From assembly GCA_964016885.1 (NCBI GenBank), contig OZ024749.1, positions 62,001 through 126,000 on the forward strand: DNA of 64,000 bases. Reading direction: 5' to 3'. A program made the position numbers and the translations under genes. Below the pieces are notes generated by a model. That model was not told the origin of the DNA, searched no databases, and was given only the letters and a program-made list of their open reading frames with translations. This document shows, one piece after another, positions 41,606 to 54,071 of the stretch (within the stretch, counting starts at the first letter, position 1; each line of letters begins with the position of its first letter). Origin of the DNA: Eledone cirrhosa (Eukaryota).

Positions 41606-43454
41606 ATGTATACAAAACAACTAAATCTCTTAAATAACTTCACTTATATCCAAAACATGATTTGTATATACATCAACAGTGACTCATTATTATACGCCAG
41701 TCACGACCCCACTGCAAAAACGATATCTATATAACAACCCCACCGTAAAACTACTCTTCCCCACTTTACAAACACTTTATATTATTTGTCATTAAGGTTT
41801 CTTAAAATAAATATATATACGTATGTGTAGTAATTAGTACGGAGACTGAGAGAGAAGGGGCGAGTGTGTCTTCATGGAGGGCACATGGGACCAGCAAAGT
41901 CCTAAAAGTAGAGACCAGTAAATGAGATAAGGTCCTAGCTATGTTAAGAATATAAATAAGAAACATGTTCTATACATTTAAGAAGACAAGAGAAACATGT
42001 TCTAAACATTTAAGAAATAATTATTTACCTCTTTCATGTCGGTAATATAGCGGTGTTATAAAACTAATTATAACGACCGGTGTTAAAATAGAGAGAGATA
42101 GACAGATAAATGTGTGTCACACTCTCACCCTCTCTTTAAATCTTTTACACTATCTAACTCGTACTTCTCACACTCTCTTTAAATCTTTTACTCTATCTAC
42201 CTCTCATTTCTATCTGTGTATGTATGTATGTATCTGTCTATGTGTAACTCGGTGTACTGGAGCAATATGAAGTGAAGTGTCTTGCTCAAGAAGACATTTT
42301 GTGGAGTTATATCATCGTTTCTTGTTATAAAGCTACTTATACTACCGGCGTAACAGTGGCTATAGGTGATAGATGTAGAAATAAAAGGCTGTAACAGCGA
42401 TATAAATATAGATGAAATAGTTTACCACGAGACTAAGAATGAATGTTTAATGGAATTAAGTGTAATCTAATAGGAAATAAGAGGCTAGAGCAGCGAAATG
42501 TTTACGTAAAATAAAAGAACAACAAACAAGAGTGCAACATTGAAATTTTTTTTTTTTTTTTGTCGATATAAGCGTTATTTTATGCGCGATTTGCCTTGCT
42601 GCCGGCGCTGCTCAGTCAGTAGCAGCCCCGCTTACGAAGTTCAGGAGCCAACGACTTTACATGGTTCGAATCTCACCCTCTCCGCTCTTGTCGAGTTATC
42701 TCCTACTCTTTTTACTTAGTTCCAGGTCATTAAAATAGAGCAAAGAGGGCGCGGCGATCGGCATATGCACTGGCTACAATGTTGAACTTTGGTACTGACT
42801 GCGTAGTTGAACGTTCCACATACCAACCGCCCAACTGGCCAGTCAACCGCATATGCGGCTGGCTGGCCGGTTGGGTAGTTGGCATATGTACTGGCTACCA
42901 TGCTGAACATTGTACTGACTGTCAAGTTGAACGTTCTAACCCTCTCTTTACATCTATTACTCTATCTACCGCTTATTTCTCCCCCTCTCTTTACTTCTAT
43001 AACTCTATCTCCCACTCTCTTTACATCTATTACAGTGTCTCCCTGTATATATACACGTATATATGCACTAGATTTTATAAGAAATCTACGTAATAATATA
43101 ATTAACAATAGTTGATGAATTAGACCAGAGTTAATTAAACAATAAATATGAATGAAATAGCAGTAGATGGCGAAACTTGAGTGTTGTGTGTGCATACATA
43201 TATATGAGGTAAACTGGTTCAAATACTGTCAGGATTATATTGGATCAAAGACTGTATTAAATAGAAAGTAAAAAATGAAGTGAAAATATAAAAACAAACT
43301 GAAAATTTCCCCATCCCTAGAAAAATTCATATCTTGTTATATATAGATAATTGGCGCTTTAAATTGAATAAATATTCATTTATATATATATATATATGTA
43401 TATATATATGTACACTGATATATATGTGTGTATATATATATGTGTATATATATA

Positions 43455-43523
<69 letters not shown>

Positions 43524-44581
43524 ACTTCATCATACGTCCGCTTTTCCATGCTTGCAAGGGTGGGGTGGGAGCTGATTCTGGATTGGTTTCTACAGCTGGG
43601 TGCCCTTCCTGACGCCAACCCCGTTTGCAGTGAGTGCTGGGTGCTTTTTTTTTTCCGTGGCACCTCCACGTCAGCTTTACAGTGTGGGCTGGGTGCTTTT
43701 TGGCCGCGGCCCCTCCACGACCACTTTGCGGTGGGGCGGTGGGGTGGTATGTGTATACCCAGCCCATTGTCATTTGCCACACAGAAAAGCGTATAGCATC
43801 GTTCTTTACCCACGATGAATCTAGCAGACCCACCCCTCCACCTGGTCTCTTGAATACAACAAACATCGACCTCCTTACGTTCAAGCATTTCTACAACCTC
43901 GTTAGAGCCACCCTATAAGGTGCCTACATTAATGGTACCAACTCTGAAGTTTTGGATTGCGTTTGGAGGTTGGGAGCAGTGGGGAGCGGGGATGGGATTA
44001 GGGTTAGCCATCCGCGGCCGAAACAAAGAGGAGGAGCCCTTGCATTCTCGTCCATGAGGTGGATTTGTCTTTATGTATGTATATGTATATATGTATGTAT
44101 GTGTGTGTATGTATGTATATGTATATATGAGTGTATATGTGTATATGTATGTATATGTATGTGTATATATGTGTATATATGTGTATATGTATGTGTTTGT
44201 ATATATGTGTGTGTATGTATATATGTGTGTGTATGTATATATATATATGTATGTATGTGTATATGTATGTATATGTATGTATGTGTATATGTATATATGT
44301 ATGTATATGTGTGTATGTATGTATATATGTATGTATGTGTATATATGTATGTATGTATATGTATATATACGTGTGTATATGTATATATACTTATGTGTAT
44401 ATGCTTATGTATGTGTATGTGTGTATATTTATATTATGTATATATATATATCTATGTATGTGTATGTATGTATATATATGTATGTATATGTGTATGTATG
44501 TGTATGTATGTATGTGTATATATGTATGTATGTATATATATATGTATGTATATGTATGTGTATGTATATGTATATGTATAT

Positions 44582-44935
44582 GGAGGCACATGGCTTAGTG
44601 GTTCGAGCATTGGCCTGGCAATCGAAAGGTTGTGAGTTCAATTCTCAGACCGGGTGATGTGTTGTTTCCTTGAGCAAGACACTTTATTTCACATTGCTCC
44701 AGTTTACTCAGCTGTAGAAATGAGATGATAGGGACTGGGGTCCATATCATTCCACTGCAAAGTGGTCGTGGAGGTGCCACGGCAAAAAAGCACTCAGCAC
44801 TCACTGTAAATGAGGTTGGTGTTAGGAAGGGCATCCAGCTGTAGAAATCAAGCCAGAATCAGTTCCCGTCCCACCCTTGCAAGCAGGGAAAAAGCGGACT
44901 TAAAACGAAATGATGATGATGATGATGATGATGAT
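44582..44935 (+). mobile_element. tRNA-derived CORE-like SINE with RTE tail, unit 3
   Basis: Near-identical to 32724-33083. Confidence 0.88.
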
Positions 44936-45541
44936 GTATGTATGTATGTGTATATGTATGTATGTATGTATATGTATGTATGTGTATGAGATGCAGTTTG
45001 GTTTTGTGCCGCTGAAAAGTGCAACAGATGCCCTCTTCTTAGTGAGACAACTACAAAAGAGGTTCTTAGAGAAAAATAAGCCACTATACTTAGCTTTGGA
45101 CATAGAGAAGGCTTTTGATAGAGAACTCTTATAAATGACAACATATATATATGTGTGTGTATATATATGTTTTTTTTAAAACTATATATTTATTACTCCC
45201 TTAAGCAGAAGAAATATATTCCCAGATATCGAAGATTACCACAATAACTAGGGAGCGGAAATCAATAGATGCTGGACATTGCTGCTGAGGGTAGGATGAC
45301 CTGATGAGCTGGCTCCTGTGGTGGATACCTAAACATAGTAAGACCCTAGTGGGATGACTGAGGTTCACCTACATACATCAGATGTCTCTGGATCTCCAGC
45401 TGGAGATTAATGATCTCAGGAATGCCATGAAAAATCGTGACATCTAAAAAAGAAGAGTAGAATTGTTCTGGCCAATCCACCTGACCTAATAAACAATAAT
45501 AATATTAATATATATTGATGAAAATTAATTATGGTGAAATA

Positions 45542-47579
45542 TCTTAGAAATCATTCTCAGAGGTTTTGTATTGTAATCCACACTTGCTCGTTGTGGCTTC
45601 TGATGCAGACATCATGTCCGCCATCAGGTCCTTCCCAGCTAGCAGCTGCGGTGATGTTGATGGTCTCTGACCAGGCCTCCTCAAGGAGTTGACATCTCCC
45701 CTCTCCGCTGAGGCCGGGCGCCGCCTTCTGAGTGCAATTGTGGCGCTCACCAATAGGCTCATCCATGGCGCCCTGGACTCTTATGCTCGAGGCCTCTTTT
45801 TTTCAGCCAGCTTCACCGCTCTCAGGAAGAAAGAGGGTGGCATACGCCCCATTGCTGTGGGCAATGTCTTCCGGAGGCTGGCTGCCAAGGTAACCTGCAA
45901 GTCCGTAACACTCGGAACCGGCATCCAGGGACTCCAGCCACCTCATTGTCAAGTTTGACATGAGGAATGCCTTCAACTCTTTACGCTGGGATCATCTGCT
46001 CGAGGCCTGCCTCAGCCGAGCCCCCTCTGCCTAGCTGTCATATGGAGCCCCGAGCATGCGACATGCTGCTGATACGGTCATACCCTTGGCTACTGGGATC
46101 CAACAGGGCAACCCTTTGGGACCCCTCCTGTTCACCCTTGGTATTGACCACATCGCCCGGAGTATAACGGCCCCTCTCAACGTTTGGTATCTGGATGATG
46201 CTACTTTGGGTGGGCCCGTACAGGCGGTCTGCCATGACCTTCAATCGGTGGTTCCTGCCCTGGCGGGAATCGACCTCCAGGTCAACTCAGCCAAGTCGGA
46301 GGTGGTGAATGTCAGCCTCGATGCTGCAAGCTTTGCAGTCTCCGTCTTGGACGTGCGGTCCATTCTTGGCCAGGTTCAGGTGACCCCCAAAGAGGATGCC
46401 CTCACCGATCCACCCGCCGGCCATCCGCTCCACCATCAAGTTCAGACTCTCACGAGCCGACTGGGCTTGATTGATGGCCACCCAGTTCTCTTTCTGCTGA
46501 GGAACTGCTACGCCATGCCGAAGCTCCTCTATACACTCTGTGCTACACCCAGACTTGTATCCGAGCAGCAGCCGATGAGATATGCAACTTTACCTATCAG
46601 GTATGGCGACCTTCGCCTCCAGTCCCCGATCTCACTAGCTTTGCCGGCGTATCTTTCGTCGGTAACCTCGTACCACGTCCATCTCAGCAGGGTTCTTCAA
46701 AACACAACAGAACCCTCTGTGTTCAGAGAACGCGTGGCCGCCTGTGAGACGTGGCACCGGCTGGGACTTAGCCCAGTAGACGTTCCTCCTCCTTCTCCCC
46801 CTGTTGACGTCAAGTCCCCCCAACACACTTGGGATGCCATCCAGTGCAGCCTGGCCTCAGACAGGCTCACGTGCCAGCTCGACCAGCACCGCCTTGTTTG
46901 TTTTCGTGCGGCCTCCAAACCCCACAGTGGGGCCTGGCTCCATGCCCTGCCCTCCTTCTCCACTCGCACGCAGCTAGACAACCATAGCTTGCGCATCGGC
47001 GTTTCCCTGAGGCTCGGCCTCACACCAATGTCGCTGCCGTTCCACCATGGACTCTTTCGGCCTCCACCCGCTTTCCTGTCGCCACAGTGCCAGCCGCAAT
47101 CCACGCCATGCTGCCCTCAACGAAATCATTAAGCATGGCTTGGACGCTGCAGGCTTCCCTTCCCAGCTCCAGGGGACGGCAAAAGGCCAGATGGCATGAC
47201 CATCTTCCCGTTCCGCGGTGGCAAACCCCTCGTCTGGGATGCCACTTGCACCGACACTTTCTGCAGCCGCAACCTGGTGCAGTCTGCGACTGGCCCAGGT
47301 TCTGCTGCACGTCAGGCTGAGAGGGCCAAACTCCTCACATATCGTTCACTCTCCGACAGGTTTGCGGTCGTACCCCTGGAAGTGGAGACTTCTGGTGTCC
47401 TCGACCCCAGGGCTACCTCCTTACTCACCCCCATAGGCGCTGAGCTGGCCAGTCGCAGGTGTGAGCCCCGCGAGTTGGAGTGGCTTTTCCAGCGCGTCTC
47501 CCTTGCCGTGCTCCGGGGAAACGCCTTCTCCATTCTGTCCGCCGGGGCTGTGGGTGGGCCCCATCGCGTACCGTTATAG
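45542..47579 (+). mobile_element. Degenerate CRE-like non-LTR retrotransposon, copy 3 (longest open frame)
   Basis: 358-aa open frame 46056-47132 spans GIQQG, YLDD and SGAWL; RLE domain in ORF 47196-47579; upstream TAG at ~46032. Confidence 0.88.
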
Positions 47580-49352
47580 TTGTTGAAGAAGAAACAGGGA
47601 GACAACAACTGGAATGTATACAAAACAACTAAATCTCTTAAATAACTTCACTTATATCCAAAATATGATTTGTATATACATCAACAGTTACTCATTATTA
47701 TACGCCAGTCACGACCCCACTGCAAAAACGATATCTATATAACAACCCCACCGTAAAACTACTCTTCCCCACTTTACAAACACTTTATATTATTTGTCAT
47801 TAAGGTTTCTTAAAATAAATATATATACGTATGTGTAGTAATTAGTACGGAGACTGAGAGAGAAGGGGCGAGTGTGTCTTCATGGAGGGCACATGGGACC
47901 AGCAAAGCCCTAAAAGTAGAGACCAGTAAATGAGATAAGGTCCTAGCTATGTTAAGAATATAAATAAGAAACATGTTCTATACATTTAAGAAGACAAGAG
48001 AAACATGTTCTAAACATTTAAGAAATAATTATTTACCTCTTTCATGTCGGTAATATAGCGGTGTTATAAAACTAATTATAACGACCGGTGTTAAAATAGA
48101 GAGAGATAGACAGATAAATGTGTGTCACACTCTCACCCTCTCTTTAAATCTTTTACACTATCTTTACATCTTTTACTCTATCTCCCTCTTATTTCTATCT
48201 GTGTACATATATATGTGTATGTATGTATCTGTCTATGTGTAACTCGGTGTACTGGAGCAATATGAGGTGAAGTGTCTTGCTCAAGAAGACATTTTGTGGA
48301 GTTATATCATCGTTTCTTGTTATAAAGCTACTTATACTACCGGCGTAACAGTGGCTATAGGTGATAGATGTAGAAATAAAAGGCTGTAACAGCGATATAA
48401 ATATAGATGAAATAGTTTACCACGAGACTAAGAATGAATGTTTAATGGAATTAAGTGTAATCTAATAAGAAATATGAGGCTAGAGCAGCGAAATGTTTAC
48501 GTAAAATAAAAGAACAACAAACAAGAGTGCAACATTGAAATTTTTGTTTTATTTTCTCGATATAAGCGTTATTTTATGCGCGATTTGCCTTGCTGCCGGC
48601 GTTGCTCAGTCAGTAGCAGCCCCGCTTACGAAGTTCAGGAGCCAACGACTTTACATGGTTCGAATCTCACCCTCTCCGCTCTTGTCGAGTTATCTCCTAC
48701 TCTTTTTACTTAGTTCCAGGTCATTTAAATAGAGCAAAGAGGTCGCGGCGATCGGCATATGCACTGGCTACAATGTTGAACTTTGGTACTGACTGCATAG
48801 TTGAACGTTCTACATACCAACCGCCCAACTGGCCAGTCAACCGCAAATACGGCTGGCTGGCCGGTTGGGTAGTTGGCATATGTACTGACTGTCAAGTTGA
48901 ACGTTCTAACCCTCTCTTTACATCTATTGCTCTATCTACCGCTTATTTCTCTCCCTCTCTTTACTTCTATAACTCTATCTCCCACTCTCTTTACATCTAT
49001 TACACAGTGTCTCCCTGTATATATACACGTATATATGCACTAGATTTTATAAGAAATCTACGTAATAATATAATTAACAATAGTTGATGAATTAGACCAG
49101 AGTTAATTAAACAATAAATATGAATGAAATAGCAGTAGATGGCGAAACTTGAGTGTTGTGTGTGCATACATATATATGAGGTAAACTGGTTCAAATACTG
49201 TCAGGATTATATTGGATCAAAGACTGTATTAAATAGAAAGTAAAAAATGAAGTGAAAATATAAAAACAAATTGAAAATTTCCCCATCCCTAGAAAAATTC
49301 ATATCTTGTTATATATAGATAATTGGCGCTTTAAATTGAATAAATATTCATT

Positions 49353-49387
<35 letters not shown>

Positions 49388-49849
49388 GTACACTGATATA
49401 TATGTGTGTGTATATATATATATATATGTATGTGTATATGTGTACATATGTATGTGTATATATATACTAATATATATATATATATATATCAACTTCATCA
49501 TACGTCCGCTTTTCCATGCTTGCAAGGGTGGGGTGGGAGCTGATTCTGGATTGGTTTCTACAGCTGGGTGCCCTTCCTGACGCCAACCCAGTTTGCAGTG
49601 AGTGCTGGGTGCTTTTTTTTTTTCCGTGGCACCTCCACGTCAGCTTTACAGAGCGGGCTGGGTGCTTTTTTGCCGTGGCGCCTCCACGACCACTTTACGG
49701 TGGGGTGGTGGGGTGGTATGTGTATACCCAGCCCATTGTCATTTCCCAACCAGAAAAGTTCATAGCACCGTTCTTTACCCACGATGAATCTAGCAGACCC
49801 ACCCCTCCACCTGGTCTCTTGAATACAACAGTGGTTTCACTAAAATAAA

Positions 49850-50960
49850 AATTAAATTAAATTAAATTAAATTAATTATATTAGATAAATAGACATTGGG
49901 GTTCTCACCAAAGATTTTCAGTTATTTCTAAGAGATGTAAAAGGAAAATTAAAAAAAGATTAATAGGACACATTAGACATGTCTCCAAGCAAGAATTGAA
50001 CTTACAGACAAGGATCTCACCATCTCTGGTACTTCCCACTAAGCCACCAAGACTGCTACAAAGGTCTATTGAAAATTAATATTTATAAACCTACTTTCAA
50101 AATATAACTAATTTAATTAAAAATAAAATAAAATAAATAGACATTGGCGTTCTCACAAAACTTTTTCAGTTCTTTTTTCTAAGAAATGTCAAAGGAATAT
50201 ATATATATATATATTTTATTTTTAATTTTATTTTGAAAGTAGGTTTATAAATATTAAATTTCAGTACATCTTTGTATCAGTCTCGGTAGCTTAGTGGGAA
50301 GTACCAGAGATGGTGAGATCCTGTTCTGGGTGTTCAATCCTGGTCTGAGGGTTGAATTGGGGACTCAGGTTCAATCCTGGTCCATGAGATACATGTAAGG
50401 TGTCATGTTAATCTTTTATAATTTTCTTTCTATATCTCTTTGAAAAAGAGAACCCCTATTTATTTAATTATATTGAATTTAATTTTTTATTTTAGTTAAA
50501 TTGTCGAAAACACTGAAGATCTAAAGGTTGAGGAGACAATATGTCTATTTTATCTGTCTCCTCTAACTTTAGATCACCAGTGGTTTTGACAATTTAACTA
50601 AAGTAAAATAAAATAAAATAAATTAAATTATATTAGATAAATAGACATTGGGGTTCTCACCAAAGATTTTCAGTTTTTTCTGAGGAAAATTTAAAAAAAG
50701 ATTAACAGGACACATTACAGCAATGATTGAACTCCCAGACCAGGATTGAACCTACAGACAAGGACCTCACCATCTCTGGTACTTCCCACTAAGCCGCCAA
50801 GACTGCTACAACGGTCTGCTGATAATTAATATTTATAAACCTAATTTCAAAATAAAATTAATGTTATTAATTTTATTTAAAAATAAAATAAAATAAATAA
50901 ACATTGGGGTTCTCACAAAACTTTTTCATTTTTTTTCTAAGAAATGTCAAAGGAATATAT
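49850..50960. repeat. Fold-back array of a ~330-bp unit in alternating orientations with a tRNA-like core
   Basis: CTCACCATCTCTGGTACTTCCCACTAAG at ~50016 and ~50766; its reverse complement at ~50290-50320; hairpin centre at ~50490-50602. Confidence 0.85.
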
Positions 50961-50982
50961 ATATATATATATATATATATTC

Positions 50983-53834
50983 CTTTGCCATTCTTCTCTG
51001 CTAAAATGTACCACTAGAGCTGATTCAAATTTTCCCAGCCAGCCATCCACCTAATCTACGAAGGTATTTTAGCCTACATATTGTCGTTAATATTATGATG
51101 TTCCCTGCTGTATTAGCGTTAAATTTTCCCTGCTGTATTAGCGATAAATTTTCGAGGGTTTCTCTTAGTAGCTTTTTCATGTCGTTAATATTATGATGTT
51201 CCCTGCTGTATTAGCGTTAAATTTTCCCTGCTGTATTAGCGATAAATTTTCGAGGGTTTCTCTTAGTAGCTTTTTTCATGACGTTATTATTGTTAATTTT
51301 ACTGATGTAGTATTAACTTGGATATTTACCATGCGACCCTCAGTTCCTACCCCCCCCCCCTCTATGCACTTCTTTAAGGCTTACTACCCTGTCTTTAACC
51401 TAATTCACTCAATCTGAAAATATTGAAGAGATAAGACACTTTGCCATTCTTCTCTGCTAAAATGTACCACTAGAGCTGATTCAAATTTTCCCAGCCAGCC
51501 ATCCACCTAATCTACGAAGGTATTTTAGCCTACATATTGTCGTTAATATTATGATGTTCCCTGCTGTATTAGCGTTAAATTTTCCCTGCTGTATTAGCGA
51601 TAAATTTTCGAGGGTTTCTCTTAGTAGCTTTTTCATGTCGTTAATATTATGATGTTCCCTGCTGTATTAGCGTTAAATTTTCCCTGCTGTATTAGCGATA
51701 AATTTTCGAGGGTTTCTCTTAGTAGCTTTTTTCATGACGTTATTATTGTTAATTTTACTGATGTAGTATTAACTTATTAACTTGGATATTTACCATGCGG
51801 TATTCTAATCCTATTGTATCTCTCTCAGTTATTTACCATGCGACCCTCAGTTCCTACCCCCCCCCCCCCCTCTATGCACTTCTTTAAGGCTTACTACCCT
51901 GTCTTTAACCTAATTCACTCAATCTGAAAATATTGAAGAGATAAGACACTTTGCCATTCTTCTCTGCTAAAATGTACCACTAGAGCTGATTCAAATTTTC
52001 CCAGCCAGCCATCCACCTAATCTACGAAGGTATTTTAGCCTACATATTGTCGTTAATATTATGATGTTCCCTGCTGTATTAGCGTTAAATTTTCCCTGCT
52101 GTATTAGCGATAAATTTTCGAGGGTTTCTCTTAGTAGCTTTTTCATGTCGTTAATATTATGATGTTCCCTGCTGTATTAGCGTTAAATTTTCCCTGCTGT
52201 ATTAGCGATAAATTTTCGAGGGTTTCTCTTAGTAGCTTTTTTCATGACGTTATTATTGTTAATTTTACTGATGTAGTATTAACTTGGATATTTACCATGC
52301 GACCCTCAGTTCCTACCCCCCCCCCCTCTATGCACTTCTTTAAGGCTTACTACCCTGTCTTTAACCTAATTCACTCAATCTGAAAATATTGAAGAGATAA
52401 GACACTTTGCCATTCTTCTCTGCTAAAATGTACCACTAGAGCTGATTCAAATTTTCCCAGCCAGCCATCCACCTAATCTACGAAGGTATTTTAGCCTACA
52501 TATTGTCGTTAATATTATGATGTTCCCTGCTGTATTAGCGTTAAATTTTCCCTGCTGTATTAGCGATAAATTTTCGAGGGTTTCTCTTAGTAGCTTTTTC
52601 ATGTCGTTAATATTATGATGTTCCCTGCTGTATTAGCGTTAAATTTTCCCTGCTGTATTAGCGATAAATTTTCGAGGGTTTCTCTTAGTAGCTTTTTTCA
52701 TGACGTTATTATTGTTAATTTTACTGATGTAGTATTAACTTGGATATTTACCATGCGACCCTCAGTTCCTACCCCCCCCCCCTCTATGCACTTCTTTAAG
52801 GCTTACTACCCTGTCTTTAACCTAATTCACTCAATCTGAAAATATTGAAGAGATAAGACACTTTGCCATTCTTCTCTGCTAAAATGTACCACTAGAGCTG
52901 ATTCAAATTTTCCCAGCCAGCCATCCACCTAATCTACGAAGGTATTTTAGCCTACATATTGTCGTTAATATTATGATGTTCCCTGCTGTATTAGCGTTAA
53001 ATTTTCCCTGCTGTATTAGCGATAAATTTTCGAGGGTTTCTCTTAGTAGCTTTTTCATGTCGTTAATATTATGATGTTCCCTGCTGTATTAGCGTTAAAT
53101 TTTCCCTGCTGTATTAGCGATAAATTTTCGAGGGTTTCTCTTAGTAGCTTTTTCATGTCGTTAATATTATGATGTTCCCTGCTGTATTAGCGTTAAATTT
53201 TCCCTGCTGTATTAGCGATAAATTTTCGAGGGTTTCTCTTAGTAGCTTTTTTCATGACGTTATTATTGTTAATTTTACTGATGTAGTATTAACTTATTAA
53301 CTTGGATATTTACCATGCGGTATTCTAATCCTATTGTATCTCTCTCAGTTATTTACCATGCGACCCTCAGTTCCTACCCCCCCCCCCCCTCTATGCACTT
53401 CTTTAAGGCTTACTACCCTGTCTTTAACCTAATTCACTCAATCTGAAAATATTGAAGAGATAAGACACTTTGCCATTCTTCTCTGCTAAAATGTACCACT
53501 AGAGCTGATTCAAATTTTCCCAGCCAGCCATCCACCTAATCTACGAAGGTATTTTAGCCTACATATTGTCGTTAATATTATGATGTTCCCTGCTGTATTA
53601 GCGTTAAATTTTCCCTGCTGTATTAGCGATAAATTTTCGAGGGTTTCTCTTAGTAGCTTTTTCATGTCGTTAATATTATGATGTTCCCTGCTGTATTAGC
53701 GTTAAATTTTCCCTGCTGTATTAGCGATAAATTTTCGAGGGTTTCTCTTAGTAGCTTTTTTCATGACGTTATTATTGTTAATTTTACTGATGTAATTTTA
53801 CTTGGATATTTACCATGCGACCCTCAGTTCCTAC
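50983..53834 (+). repeat. Hierarchical tandem monomer array (5 full + 1 partial monomer), candidate 5'UTR/promoter
   Basis: CTTTGCCATTCTTCTCTGC starts at 50983, 51439, 51949, 52405, 52861, 53468 (456, 510, 456, 456, 607 bp); internal 97-bp and ~25-bp subrepeats. Confidence 0.95.
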
Positions 53835-54071
53835 CTCACAATTTCCCTCCCCCCCACCCCCACACACCACCATAGTCTATTCGACCAATCAAACCTAGCA
53901 TGCCATTTCCACTGCTGCTGCTGCTACTACCTGCCTAACTAACTCTCTCCTCCTCTGGCGCATCCCAACACACCCTGCCATTACCCCACCACCACTGTCC
54001 TTCTAGCCCTCAATTTTCCCACCGTTAGGGATGGATGAGCTGGGAATACACGAGCAACTCTGAATCAATAG

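Larger units (their letters stand above)
31962..49830. repeat. Tandem segmental duplication, ~3 copies of a ~5.9-kb composite unit
   Basis: ORFs recur at +5876 to +5994 (35346/41222/47196; 36901/42779/48773); units start ~31962, ~38085, ~43991. Confidence 0.96.

Noticed and set aside
50983-53834. CRISPR-like array or repeated 74-aa ORF (MMFPAVLAL...)
   Set aside because: Sequences between repeats are themselves identical (no unique spacers), no cas genes, eukaryotic context; the small ORF has no recognisable motif and varies with the poly-C tract and indels.
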